Shown: positions 10,757 through 23,547 of the stretch, in pieces
Layout of the letters: each line of letters begins with the position of its first letter
Position numbering within the stretch: position 1 is the first letter of the stretch
NCBI GenBank assembly: GCA_963774265.1
Contig: CAVZDU010000002.1
Span: 64,001-128,000 of the forward strand
DNA length: 64,000 bases
Source of the DNA: an uncultured Chloroflexia bacterium
Lineage (GTDB): Bacteria > Chloroflexota > Anaerolineae > CG2-30-64-16
Direction: 5' to 3'
Notes under the pieces: model-generated
Databases searched by the model: none
Told to the model about the DNA's origin: nothing
The model's input: only the letters and a program-made list of their open reading frames with translations
Translations under genes and position numbers: made by a program

Positions 10757-13700
10757 TCACTGCTTCGCGGGAGACTCGAAAGTCCTCGGCGAGATGAAGG
10801 TCGCCGGCTCAGAAGTGGCGAACCGCGCTTCCAGGAAAGTGGCCGAGGCTTCCGCAGGACCGCGGTCCGTCGCGACGATCTCGTAGATCGTCACTGCCCC
10901 ACCCCGATAGGCTACCTGCAGATAACCCTCGTCCGTAAGCGCGTCGAATTTCGCCAGGCCGTCGGGGCCATAATAGGCACGCTCCAGCTCACCGACGATG
11001 ATGTATGTCACGCCGTAGTGATCCAGGAGTTCCCGCGCTCGCTCCGAATCGACGGTATTATAGATCTCCGCGACGTGCCGCACGCGACGCTCAACCACCT
11101 CGCTGGGAGTCACAGAACGCTGCTGGCGCTGGTGCCAGTTCCAGCCCTGCACCGTGGGCAACCCGGTGTATACGCTGAAGCGACTACCCCAACGGTATTC
11201 AGGGATTTGCGCCTCCAAGATCGTCGGCGTGCCCACCACATTCTTCATAAGCCACAGCATGGCAGCCTTGTCATCGGCCAGGAGAAGATCGCGGCCGTTA
11301 TCGAAGTATTGGGCGCGGTCCATGTAGGCCATACCGTCGAGGCCGCGCGGAGACGCCTCGGCCGAGAAACGATCACGGATTTTGGCGCGGGCAGCAAACG
11401 GCGGATAAAGCATCGCGCCGATGAAGAGGATGGCCAGGGCGGCCCAAGCCACCTTGCTCCACAATGGCCGGCGGCGGTCCGTCCGCGCGGCGAAGCTGGC
11501 CAGACCGACCGAGAGGCTGACGCCAAACAGGGTCCAGGCCTGGAGGTAGAACTTGAAGACCGTATTCATACGACCGATGTCGTCTTTTTGCCGCAGGACC
11601 TCAACGCCCATGGTGATTGCAAGTGCAAGCGCCAACAGCAGCAAGGCCATCCGGCGCGCTGGCGACAGGTCACGTCCAAGAGCCATGATGGCGGCGAGCG
11701 CGAAAAGCGGCAGAGCGATCAGCCACACACGGACACCCAGAACCCAACCAACCAACAGAATTACCACCGCCGCACCCCCAATGGCGGGCAGCCCAGCGGA
11801 CAGCCAGGCGGGCAAACGCCGCTCTCGACTTTGTGCGGATAATTCCGTGGCGAGGTACACGACGGCCAATGCGATAAAGAAGCCCCAGTGCGTGAGGTAA
11901 TCGCCGATTGCTGTCTTGCCTTCTTTGTAGAACTCCAAGCCTGCGTATGCCGTCGCGTAGTTGCTCGTAAAGGGATAGAACGCGGCGGCGCCCACGGCGA
12001 AAAAGACGACAAAACGCCATAGCACGGATATGCACGAACGAAGCGCGAAGGCCAGCCAATCCTGGATGCCGTCGGGCCTGGATGCCGCAAGGATGGGGCC
12101 GCGGCGGCTCATTTCCAGTACAACGAGTGCGGCCAGGCCGGCCAACGCGTAGGTCGGAAAGTCCCACGTATTGGTCGCGCGGAGACCGCCGATGATGAAA
12201 CCAAGCAAGACGATGACCAACAACTCAGGCAACGCGATGGCCCACGGCGAAGGCTCGCCGGCGTCCTCGCGCAACTGCGTTCCATGCTGGGCGAGCGCAA
12301 CCACCACCGACAGTGCGAGCAAGGTCATCGGCAGCGCGATCATGTGCGCGTGCAAGTCCGCGTAAGTGAACGTGAAGAACGGAAACTCGTTGATCGTGTC
12401 GGGGATGACGCGTGACGCGTTCCAAAACCACCAGTCGTTCGGGAAATCGAGGGCCGCGCGGTCCGTGATGATGTTGGCCAGCCCGCTGATGGCGCTCACC
12501 AACTTCGCGAACCCCGGGATGGTGCTCTCAATAACCACCGTACCGCGCTCGACTGACCTGATCCAGGAGCAGCTTCAGGTTGCCCAGGTTGCCGACGATG
12601 GTGACAAAGAACATGCCGCCGAGTCCCGCCAGGAGGGAGCCGGTCCGAATCCCGCCATAGGGTCTGTCATCGCCCTCCAGCCGCGTGGACGGGTCTCCCT
12701 CAGCCAGGGCGAATGCAACGCAGAATGCTCCAACCCCGGTGAGGGCGAACAGGGTGGGCACGGCCAGGTTATACGCGACCCACGGCACGATTCCGGTGAG
12801 CTTGATGAGCGTGCCGATGATCACCCACCCGAAGTAGTAGTAATTCATGAACCCGCCCGCATGCCATGGGTCGTAAGGCGGGAAGGTCGTGGAGCGAATT
12901 ATCGCGTTGAGATAGGCGAACTCCATGGGCTTCTCGCCACCGCGCGCCATGTGCCACAGGTCAGGGTTACCGATTCGAATCAGCAGGAAGAGCAGGAAGA
13001 GGGCCAGAAAGACGCCTTCTTCGGTCAGCAACAAGGCGCGGTGCGTTCGCAGAAACTCAGACATCACGCGCCGGCGCCGCCACGCGACCATCGCGGCAAA
13101 GCCGACCAGCAGTCCCAGGCAGAGCGCAATCCACGCGCGACTGAAGGAAGTTGCCTTCAGCGCAGGCGCGAACCAGCTCAACCAGGCAAGCAGAAGGATG
13201 CCCAGCGTCTTGGCGACCCCGTAACCCCTATCGGGAAGCTTGCGGAGGACAACAAAGCTGATCGGGAACGCGGCAAAGCCCAGGACCATCACGAGGGCCA
13301 ACCAGGCAAGCACCGAGAGCACAGGTGACCGGTTGAGCAAACCATCCGTGTCAAAGAGATCCGACCACGTCCCGCCGGCCTCTTGGACCGCGGCGTCCTC
13401 GGGCGTCATAAGCAGTGCGGTGGGCGCCTGGGTCACTTGCTTCGGCCACATCTGGATGGTGTTCTCCAGGTCGATCTGGTCGAAATAGCTGCGCACAAGC
13501 GCCTCGCTGTACTGCGGCGTTTTGCGGTAGATGCGCACCTCGGGGTGGTCATAAACGCTGAAGGCTTCCTCGGCGCCCGTGTCGTCGAAGGAGATGCCGA
13601 GGATGGTGGGGAAGGAAGTGAAGCGCGTGGCCAGCTCGAACCCCAACCTGCCGTCGAACAGGAGCCGGTAATACTCCTTGGTCATGGGGAAGCGCATGGG

Positions 13701-15441
13701 CAGCCGTGGAATGGAACCCCAGAGGCGATTCGAACTGATCACCAAGATGTCGGCCTCATTCAGCCAACGATAGATGGCTTCTCGTTTCTCGGGCGTGTCC
13801 TCGCCATAGTTTTCGATCTGTCCATCGCGACGGCCGTTCTCCTGCGTCATCCCATAATATGCGCCAGCGGGCTTGAAGCTAATCTTGCCGTCAAGCGAAA
13901 AAGGCAGGCCATCGTCCCAGTGTTCGTTGGCAACGACGCTACCCTCAGGCACATTGGTGTAGATCCATTTTGAGGCTTCGACGCGGGTCAGGGGGCGACG
14001 GTAGATCGCCAGAAAACCCCAGCCCCACAGCATGGTCGCGATCACTACGACGGCTATCATTGTGTATGCCGCGGCAGGCGTCGTAATTCGGCGCAGGATT
14101 GCAGCCGACTGGGCCTTTTCCACCAACCACCACAGCAACCATGCACCGAGTACGATCAGCATAGGATAGATGGGCAGGTAATAGCGCATGGTATAGGAAA
14201 ACTGCAGGCTGTGGTACACGAACATGCCGCCCACCCACGCGAACAGGCAACATGTGCGCCTTGAGCATTTGGGGATTCGGACGCACGGTCATGCCGCGAG
14301 CGATTTGGAAAGCCGCTACAACCCAGCCGGCCCACGCGGCTAATCCGAGGAACAGACCCATGCCCCAAATCACCATGTTGACCCAGGGGAAGACGAATGG
14401 AGTCCGGTTGGCCCACTGGTGCATTGGTGGCTGATCCGCCTCCCCGCGAATAATAAACCCGATCGTCCGCATACTGCTCCGGAATCCATCGGACAGGGAG
14501 AAGCTGAGCAAACCATTGCCCCCAAACGCGTAGGGCTGAAGGACACGGAAAGTGATGCCGGCCAGCGCAACCATGAGAATCAACCGGAAGAGCGTGGCCT
14601 GAACCATATTCGATGTCCAACCGGGGAGCGCCCGACCGCCGCCCAGGGCACGCGTGGCAGAGAGCTCATCCCGACGCGCGGATACCCGTCGCCAAGAGTG
14701 CAATCGCGGCCATCGGCGCGAGATTGATGCGACAAGCCAAGGCGGCACCCAGACACGTGCCAAGCGTTACATATGCTCCCCATCCGCTCCGGCGCGCCGG
14801 GTCAGCGCCCTGGGCCACGCGCACAGCAAAGTAAAACGTCAGTGCGGCGAAGAACGTGGCGAAAGTATCGACGGTATAGAAATGCGACTGTTGAAGCGCA
14901 AGCACGGCAGGGGCGTACAACGCAGCAGATAGCAGCCCCACGCGGACGCTATAGAGGCGGCGGCCGATCAGGTAGACCAACCAAACCACCCCCAGGTCGA
15001 ACAGGCCGGACATGAAACGACCGACCAGGTGCACCCCGTCGTAGCCGGTCATCATGATGGGCACACCCGGCGCAGATTCCCAGATTTGGGCAAATTCGTT
15101 GATCTTCTGCGCAACCTCCGCGACCACGCGCACGATGAACAATGGCAGCGAGCCGTAGACGAAGAAGTCGTAGCCGATATTATACGGATTCATCGGCGAC
15201 TGAGAGCTATCGAAGAACTGCCCCAGAGACGTGGGCATTTGCATCGCGCTCGTCACCATCGTCAGGAAACGCTCGTCGGGGTGAATGTGGGTAAACTTAT
15301 CCCAGTTCAGATGCGTGAGCCTCAAACAAGCAGCCACGAATAGGATCAGGAGAAGAATCAGGCTGGTGCTGGCAACACCGTGCAACCAGCCCGAAAACGC
15401 CCGCCAAACGGTATCTGTAGGTCATAACGTTCTTTGGTCAT
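10757..15441 (-). CDS. GT39-like + DUF2298 (YYY) fusion membrane protein, several frameshifts
   Basis: Pieces 14666-15385 (HPDERF), 13945-14763, 12528-14234 (NEHWDD, AEEAFSVYDHP, GGEKPMEFAY, NYYYFG) and 10757-12538 (ADLHAH, NTWDFP, RMNTVFKFY). The start is uncertain. Confidence 0.8.
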
Positions 15442-15450
15442 GTGAGCAGC

Positions 15451-18325
15451 CTATTTCACCGTGAGATATGTCCAGTCGGACCACTGGCCGACTTCGCCGG
15501 TCGGGCCGACAATACGATCGCCGTCGAGCACCTGCACCCGCCAACGGTACATCCCAGGCGCAAGGGACGTCTCGACGGATGTGGTCGGAGGCGTCTCGCT
15601 CAACACCCGCCACTCATCCTGGCTCTTGATATCGAACGTGGGATCGTCCACCCACAACAGGGCATCTACAAGCCGGTCTCCAACGATCACTTTGACCGGA
15701 AGGCGCTGTGCACCATCCACCAGGCTCAGCCCCGCAGCCTGGCTGCCAGGGGGTAGGATGTCAATTTGTCCGTTCATGGCAGGCAGGACGGGCGATTGCA
15801 GTACGACCGGCCACTGGCCTTTCTGTGGATCGAGGCTCGGGTCCTGGCTAAAAACCAGTGCGTCAATAAAGACGCTCATGTGCCGCGCGCCAATTGGGTA
15901 GTCTCGGTGGAGGGTAATGGGAATCGAGGCTGACTCCACTTGCACCTCCCCCAATTGTTCCCACCGCCAGCGGTCGAGCTCCTCCAGCTTGTGCTGAGCA
16001 GCCGGAAAGGACGTGCCACTGACCGTGATGGTCAGCGGCATCTCCGGTGTCACCCGCCGATGCGTGCGCGCCCAAACCGTGTACCGACCAGGTCCCGGCA
16101 GCTGCACCTGAGATGTGATGTCTGGGGCGTTGATCACATCTCCCAGGTACCCGCGACCGCTGAAGTTGGGGGCAAAGCGCTCTTCGACATACCAACCCGG
16201 TCCGCTAAAGAGGTCCTCGGCTTCGAACCAAGCCGTACCCGGTGGTTGCCGAGCCAGCTCAAGGCGCGCCGAGGTTGCAACCCCTGGCGGGTCGGTCGTC
16301 CATGTCAGAGTTAAAGGTTGATTCGCTTCGACCTCGGCCAGCGCTTGCGCTGTCACCGTGACCAAGAACGTGCAGGTGGGCATCTGCAATCCTGCCGGAG
16401 GGATGTTTACCGCATCAATGCGCCGACCTCTTTCAACCCTGGCGGCCGGGTAGCAGCGCAAAACCGCATCCACGATCGCCGCCCGCTCTGCAGCCAAGGA
16501 GTCATTGCCATGGTCATACAGAATGGTCGTCCCATCAACGGTTGTCCCCAGCCTGGAGAGGGATGGCAAGAGATCAGTGTACGGCAAAAGTTGGTAGTAC
16601 TCACCTTCTTCGTTAATCGGCGCAACGCCCCAAGAGGTGAACTGCAGATACTCCCGCTCCCATTCGGCCAGGTCGTCATACCGCGGCATATAGGGAACGA
16701 AGAGCATCTGACCCGGCTCCAGATGCGCCAAGAACGCATCCACCAGCTGCCGCCGAGCGATCCGCTCAGGGAAGTCCTTCGTTTCATGAAAGTAAATGTA
16801 CATGTTGACGACGCCGACGAAGGCCAGGGCACAGACCGCAGATACGGCCAGGAAGACGCGCGCCCGGCGTTCGACGGCATGATGGATTGTGCGACCGAGC
16901 AGTGCCAACCCCGCAGCCGCCAACAAGCAAAACGCCGGAACTGCCGGATAGAAGACTCGAATGTACGGAGAACCCATCACGACGGGCACCAAGAAGAACG
17001 TCACCGTAAACCAAAATGGAACCAGAGCATTCTGGCCGCGGCGCCAACGTACGATCATATAGACCAACCCTAAGGCCGCTACCGGAATCAATGCAGCATT
17101 GAAGATCGGGCCGTCGCGATTGAAGAGGAAGTCACCCCAGCGCTGCGTCGAGAAATTGGCGAGCGTCTGGGACAGGTTCTCAGCCAGGTTGGGCCAGACC
17201 TGATCCAAACTGCGCGCTGTGCTCCGGCCGAGTGACGTGCCGATAGAATTGTGATAGCCGCTGCGGGTCGAGATGTAGTGCCAGGAATCGCGCACCACCA
17301 ATGCGATGGGGGCGAGGAACAACATGAGTCGTCCAGGCTTGCCTAACCAGTCGCTGCGGGCAGGCACCCACTGCACCCGCCGGTCGATCAACAGTCGCCA
17401 GCCAAGCCAAAGGCCAACGACGGCAGGCACCAGGAAGAAAGTGTCATATGACAGCAACCCAAGCATCACAGCCAGCCCGGTCAATATATACCAATGCCAA
17501 CGCTGAGAGCTGACCGCGTAGACCATAAAGAGGAAGCTCAAGACCTCGGGAAGCTTGATGTGGCTCTCAACGTGCGAAAACCGACTGGCGCTGACATCTA
17601 TGAGCGATATGGCCATCAAGAAGGCGGCCAGTAGCGCGCCCGGCGGACCGAGCAGCTTGCGCGCCAGCAGATAGAAGAGCAGGGTCGCCAGCAGACTGGC
17701 AGCCGCGACCTGCCAACGCGCAGTTCGAGTGCTGACACCCATCACGCGGGAAGAAAAAGGACTGCGTCCAGTAAGAATAGGGCAGATACTGGCGGGTGTA
17801 GGAGGAATCAAAGTAATCGGTGTCCGCCAACACATCGGCTGCGATCTTGGTAGACCACTTGGATTCGTCCCCCTCGATGCCATAGGGCACACGGTCGAAG
17901 CGGTAGAAACGCGCAAATGCGGCCACCAGGATCACCGAGACGACCAAGACTAACTCGAATTGCCATTTGAGCCGGGGCGATTGCGGAAGATCGAAGCCAG
18001 ATGGCTTGATGGGGGCTGGAGGCTCCACGTTTGCAGCTATCGCTCCAGGATCGTGATCCCCGTGCAGGACCAACAGCCACAGGACGAGCAACAGAGCCGC
18101 GGCGCCGTAGAGTATCCCGCCAAGGACCCACGTCTGGCGACCGATAAAAACCTGCCCCCATATGGCCAGCCCGAATATCAGGACTAACAACGCCGCCTTG
18201 ATACCGACCTGCCGCCGCCAGACGAACAAGGCCAGCACCGCGACCGCAGTGAGCGCCGGAACCGACCACAGTAGCAGGTCCGAACTCCTGAGAAGCAACA
18301 GCCGTATTGGCGCAAACCACTCCAT
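15451..18325 (-). CDS. GT39/ArnT-like glycosyltransferase with C-terminal CBM-like beta domain, frameshift near 17750
   Basis: RFYRFDRVPYGIEGDES, transmembrane segments, then WFEAED...GRGYL...GRYTVWAR...FIDALVF. Confidence 0.75.
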
Positions 18326-18339
18326 AACCAGCACCCCGC

Positions 18340-20428
18340 TCAGTCACCAACCTTGTAGGCTGTAAAAAGCAGCGGCCCATCCGGCGGCGTTCACGCGGTG
18401 CACCTGCTCCAACACGCCGTTGGGATAGACCCCTTGGACGATTGCCAGTTCATTGATGCGCTCTGGCAAGAACACGAAAACTGCTTTGCGGTTTGGATCC
18501 ACGAAGTCAGGCGGTCCCGATAGGGGCTGCATCACGTCATAGAGCTTGACCCCTTTGGCGATGAACGGCGTTGAACCGAAATCAGCGTACATGCGCGGCG
18601 CGCCGAAGAAGTACTCCTGCCACTCAGGCCCCAGATCGCGCAGGTAGTAGCCCAATCTTGTCGCCACTTCGCCGTTGAAGCCGCCGTAGACCCAGCTCTC
18701 CTGATAGGATCCGAAATAGAAACGCAAACTGATAATCGCCAGGACAAGCGCCAGGCCGGTGACCACCACGCCGCGGCCAAACTCAGGCAGCCGTAGGAGA
18801 TCGCGTAGGACAGCAGTCAGCTTACGGAGCGCAACCGCTACGAAGAAGACCGCTGGCACAGCGCTCGACACTAACCGTTGGCTGGAGGGAGGGCTCTCAG
18901 TCAGAGCGCCACCGAAGATCATCACGGCCGCGAACCAGATAACGAAAAGCGCGTAGCGCCACTTGAGCACACGCGAAACACTGACGGCCAGGCCGAGTAC
19001 AAAGAAGATGGAGGCAGCAAAATCCATCAGCGGTATGGTGCGCGGACCGTACCAAACCACGCGATCCTTGTAAAAGTTGAAGGCCAAGAAAGCCCGACGG
19101 ACCTGCTCGACGAACAGAGCACCCGCGCTACGACCAGTGCTCTGCACCTCTCTCTCAAGCCAGCCCGACTGAATAATGCCTACCGCGTTCACCCGGGCGT
19201 TGAAGTTGTCAGGGTCGCGGATTGCTACCAGCGCCATCGGGCCAACCGAGACAAGAAATCCACCAAGCATCACGAGAAGGCCGCGCATCTGCTGCGGGAG
19301 AAAATCACGATCGGTCAGCGCTGCCCAGGCCAGCACGGCGAGCACAATCACCAACACCTGACGCGATCCGGCGTAGAAGTAGAATCCCAGCCCCGCAGTG
19401 ACGCCGCTTAGCGCCCAGGCCCAGCGAGGGCCCGACTGCGTCTTGTCTGCTCCTGCGATTGTGGGATTCCAACCAATCACCAAGAAATACAGCGCCCACA
19501 CTATAAACAAAGGGTCGGCGATTTGGTTGGAGCCAAGTCGGCTGTAATGAATGTGATAGTGATAGGTGGCCAACAGAAAAGCCGTCAGGAATGCCAGGGA
19601 GCGGTCGAACAGTCGCCGTACAAGAAGATATGTCCCCAGTATGGTCAGCACGCCCACAACAGCCCACGGCAAACGCAGCCCTACAACATCATCGCCAATC
19701 AGTTTGAACCAGGCCGCCTGCCAATAGAACGACATATTTGGCACAGAGAGCCAGCCGAGACCAAACATGTTAGGCAGCCGGTTCGCAATCACATCACGCG
19801 CCCACAGGCCCTGGCTGCCCTCATCCCCACCGAGGGTCCATGGGATGGTCCCGATGCGCCAGACACGCAGCGCAGACGCGGCGAGTAGGATCAAGAGCAG
19901 CAGCCCAACCTCCCAACCGTGAGCCAGCAGCCAGCTGCGAGCCCGCTCAAAAGAGGACGAATCGGAGGAGACGAAGAGAGACCTGTCTGCCAGTGGCCGC
20001 CCCTCAACCGCGCTCGCGTGTTTGGCACTACTTGAAATTGCCCAAGCAGGCGGCCGCGCAAATGCCGCCAGATACAGCCCCATCGCCGCGATCCACATCC
20101 AGAAGACCGGCCAGGCTGAGCCTCCGCCAGCTAATGTCTCATTGAGCCGCCCCGATCGCACCACGGCTAGCGCCCCGAGCAATAGGGCGGTCACCACCAG
20201 CACCAGACGAACTATGAACGTGGCCGACCTACCAGACCGACGATTCCCCGATGCAGTCACCTCGTCGCCTGGCCTTCGCACCAGTAGGAGAAACAACAAC
20301 ACCGCCACAGAATAGAAAACTACGCCGTCCCAGAAGTAGCCTGGTTTGCGGGCAAAGTAATACTGGCCGAGCACGGCAAAGCCCAGCGTCCCCAGCAGTA
20401 GCAGCCATCGTGCCACGCGGTCTTGCAT
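18340..20428 (-). CDS. GT39/ArnT-like (PMT_2) glycosyltransferase
   Basis: LRVWRIGTIPWTLGGDEG and YHIHYSRLG motifs, many transmembrane helices. A probable frameshift near the end gives ...DGPLLFTAYKVGD*. Confidence 0.8.
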
Positions 20429-20472
20429 GGTGACTCTCTATCCCAGCAGGGAGCGATGATCCAAGGCTCAGA

Positions 20473-21279
20473 TCACCTCGTCACATCGTGGATAATGTTT
20501 TCAGACTTCCGACACCGCACAAATTGATAGGCACCCACAGGGGGCAGCGGTTCCTCGTAGTAAGGCCGCAGCCATCGCTCGAATAACTTGCGCTGCGCAT
20601 CGAACAGCATCCACCGACCCAGTAATCGCTTGGTGATGAGGTTCGGTACACCCAGATAGTGGCTCAGATCGAAGCGACGGTGTGCAGCCGCGGAGAAGTA
20701 GTAGGTCAACTCCTCGATCTGCAGGCCCACCGCGGCCAGACGGCGCCGCCATTCCTCGGGTGGATACACGTGATAATGATAGGAGATCCGGTTGAAGAAG
20801 TCGCCGTAGCGCCTCCCCAATCCTTCCAGCCCAACCCGGCGCAGCACAGTGGCGCCCAGCAAATAGTCAGGATAGTGCTCACTGGGCAATGTTGTCGCAA
20901 ACACGCCACCCGGCCGCAACACACGACTGATCTCTGCAAGCACCGCATGATTGTCGGGGATGTGCTCGATAACGCAGTTGCTGATGACCGTGTTGAAGCT
21001 CCCATCGGCAAATGGCAGCGCGGTTCCGCTGGCGAACATAACTCCACGATAGACGTTGTGCCGGCCGGCTGCCTCAGGCAGATCTCGCGCCATCACATCG
21101 ACGCCAACATCAATAGGCAGTCCCTCATAGGCGATCGATGCGAAGTGGCCGTCACCACAGCCAATGTCGAGGACGGGAGATGCCAGGGGCACGCGCGCCA
21201 TAAAGCGACACTCGATCGCACGCAAAACCGCGCGATGTGGAGCCATGTCACGCAGCTGTTCTCGCAGATAGTCTTTCAA
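20473..21279 (-). CDS. Class I SAM-dependent methyltransferase
   Basis: VLDIGCGDG, LPFADGSFNTV, RVLRPGG motifs. Confidence 0.9.
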   Translation of the reverse strand: MKDYLREQLRDMAPHRAVLRAIECRFMARVPLASPVLDIGCGDGHFASIAYEGLPIDVGVDVMARDLPEAAGRHNVYRGVMFASGTALPFADGSFNTVISNCVIEHIPDNHAVLAEISRVLRPGGVFATTLPSEHYPDYLLGATVLRRVGLEGLGRRYGDFFNRISYHYHVYPPEEWRRRLAAVGLQIEELTYYFSAAAHRRFDLSHYLGVPNLITKRLLGRWMLFDAQRKLFERWLRPYYEEPLPPVGAYQFVRCRKSENIIHDVTR

Positions 21280-21314
21280 ATCATCACCGGCCTGGAACTC
21301 AGATTTGAACCGCT

Positions 21315-22523
21315 CTAGACCCTCTTCTCTCTGAATAGCGCTTCGTATTGGTCAACCGTGTGCTTCAGCTCGAAAGTGCGCATAATCTCGTCGCGCGGCT
21401 TGCCGTATTTCTGCGGATCCTTCAGCACCTTGACGATGCCCTCGGCCAGACCGTGCGCGTCGGCAATGGGGACGATCTCACCCATCCCGGTCATCGTCAC
21501 GGGCTGGCGTACCCCGGGCAGGTTGGTGGCGACGACGGGCGTGCCGCACATAAATGATTCAACCTGAACCAACCCGAACGACTCGGTGTTATTGATCGAC
21601 GCGACGGTAATGACATCGCAGACGGCGAAGAAATTCGCCATCTGCTCCGGGTTCAACGTCCCGAGGAACGTCAGGTACGGTTGATACTGCCTGATCAGCG
21701 ATTGCATATCGTCCCAGATGGTCTCGCCAATGACGTCCCTGCCATAGGGCCCGGCAAAGACGACGCGGATGGCCGGCAATTCCTTAAGGATCTGCGGGAT
21801 CGCGTTGATCAGATAGCCCGCGCCCTTCTCGTAGGCAAAGCGCGCAGCGAACCCAATGACCTTCTCATGGCCGTTCAGACCAATGCGTTGACGCAAAGAT
21901 GCGATGCCCTCTGGGGTAGGATCGGGGATGATCACGGGGGGCAAGATGACCCTGACTTTGCCTTTTGGGTGCACTATTTGGGCATTGGTTTGTGGCTCAT
22001 TGCGTGCGCTCAGCGCCGATCCAGCGAAGCGCGACAGGAACGGGCTGTGCCGTGCGAAGTCCTCCGTATAGGCCACGATGGTGTCAGCCAACTTGCCGGC
22101 CATCACATTATCCCAGAAGGTTACCGCATTGACGACCTTGCCGTACCAGACGGGCGGCATCTCAAGGTCGCAGTGGTAGGTGAGAAGCGGCTTGCGCCCA
22201 CGGATACGCGCCAGCAGGGCCGACAAGGCGGCCTCGATCTGCGGCAGGTGGATGCTTACCACGCCCGACCGGCCAATCTCGCGCCAGGCGTACGTCACGA
22301 AGTTGGCCATGAATACGCCCTTGTTGAAGCGGAACCAAACAGGCACGCGCACGACGCGAACACCATCGAGAATCTCTTCGGCAGACAGGTCCCGGTTGTA
22401 GCGCGAGGTCAGAATGGTGACGTCATGCCCCCGCGCGGCCAAGGCTCGAGCCAAACGCTCCACGTAGATCGTCAAGCCGCTCACATGCGGCCGATAATAG
22501 GTGAGAATAAAAAGGATCTTCAC
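21315..22523 (-). CDS. Glycosyltransferase family 4
   Basis: N-terminal YYRPHVSG...GHDVT and ESFGLVQVESFMCGTPVV (EX7E motif). Confidence 0.92.
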   Translation of the reverse strand: MKILFILTYYRPHVSGLTIYVERLARALAARGHDVTILTSRYNRDLSAEEILDGVRVVRVPVWFRFNKGVFMANFVTYAWREIGRSGVVSIHLPQIEAALSALLARIRGRKPLLTYHCDLEMPPVWYGKVVNAVTFWDNVMAGKLADTIVAYTEDFARHSPFLSRFAGSALSARNEPQTNAQIVHPKGKVRVILPPVIIPDPTPEGIASLRQRIGLNGHEKVIGFAARFAYEKGAGYLINAIPQILKELPAIRVVFAGPYGRDVIGETIWDDMQSLIRQYQPYLTFLGTLNPEQMANFFAVCDVITVASINNTESFGLVQVESFMCGTPVVATNLPGVRQPVTMTGMGEIVPIADAHGLAEGIVKVLKDPQKYGKPRDEIMRTFELKHTVDQYEALFREKRV

Positions 22524-23545
22524 GCAAACAAATCCCGATTCTGGTTTACCCAGGTAATCAGGCGCGCCACACCTGCCGCCACGGTCACCTGTGGCGACCA
22601 GCCAAACTCACGCCGGGCCCTGGCCACATTGGCAACAAACACGGGTTGGTCGCCCGGGCGCGGGGGCTTGAAGGAGGCCGGGACGATCTCGCGACCCACC
22701 AACTCCGCCAACAATGGCCCAAACTCAGCCCAGATGCTCAGCGTGTTGGCCGGCCCGCCACCCAGGTTGTACACCTGTCCCCTGGTTATGTCAATGCGCT
22801 CAGTTGCTATCCGAAACGCTGCCACCAGGTCATCCACGTGCAACAGATCGCGCACCTGCTTGCCGTCGCCGTAGATAGTGATCGGCTTGCCAAGCACGGC
22901 CGCGATGACAAACCAAGCCACCCAGCCCTGATCCTCGACACCCATCTGGCGTTGCCCGTAGATGCAGGATTGCCTGAACACAACGCTGCGCAGACCATAG
23001 ATGCGCGCATAGTCGCGGACGTATTGATCGGCGGACCCCTTGCTGCAGCCGTAGGGACTATGGAAATCCAGGGGCCTGTCCTCCCCTACCCCATCGGGGT
23101 AGGAGGGCAGGACATAGCGCGTCCGCTGCTCGACCGCAACCGCGTCTTCCATCCCGCCATAGACCTTGTTCGTCGACGAATAGATGAAAATTGGGTTATT
23201 CGCCGCCCGGCGCGCAGCCTCGAGGACATTGAAGGTGCCCAGCGCATTGATCTCAAAATCAGGGCGCGGGTCGGTCACCGAAGTGGTTACGGCCGTCTGT
23301 GCGGCCAGGTGGTAAATGGCCTCCTGGCCGTCTGCAGCAGCGAACATCGCGTCCGCATCGCGGATGTCGGCCTGGACGAAATCGAAGCCCAGCTCGCCGT
23401 GGCGCCCTCGCAACCACGCCAGGTTCGCACCACTGCCGCGCCGCGATAGGTTGTCCAGCAGCGTTACCCTGTGCCCGTCATTGATGCACGCGTCGGCCAG
23501 GTTACACCCAATGAAGCCGGCCCCGCCTGTGATGAGGATACGCAT
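22520..23545 (-). CDS. NAD-dependent nucleotide-sugar epimerase, CDP-paratose 2-epimerase (RfbE)-like
   Basis: TGGAGFIG, SSTNKVYG, SPYGCSK, FRQSCIYG...EDQGWVAWF, GKQVRD. Confidence 0.85.
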   Translation of the reverse strand: MRILITGGAGFIGCNLADACINDGHRVTLLDNLSRRGSGANLAWLRGRHGELGFDFVQADIRDADAMFAAADGQEAIYHLAAQTAVTTSVTDPRPDFEINALGTFNVLEAARRAANNPIFIYSSTNKVYGGMEDAVAVEQRTRYVLPSYPDGVGEDRPLDFHSPYGCSKGSADQYVRDYARIYGLRSVVFRQSCIYGQRQMGVEDQGWVAWFVIAAVLGKPITIYGDGKQVRDLLHVDDLVAAFRIATERIDITRGQVYNLGGGPANTLSIWAEFGPLLAELVGREIVPASFKPPRPGDQPVFVANVARARREFGWSPQVTVAAGVARLITWVNQNRDLFA

Positions 23546-23547
23546 CG

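Noticed and set aside
9445-13328. Long plus-strand ORFs (450, 395 and 320 aa) and similar ones elsewhere
   Set aside because: They are antisense shadows of well-supported genes in GC-rich DNA and show no recognisable motifs.
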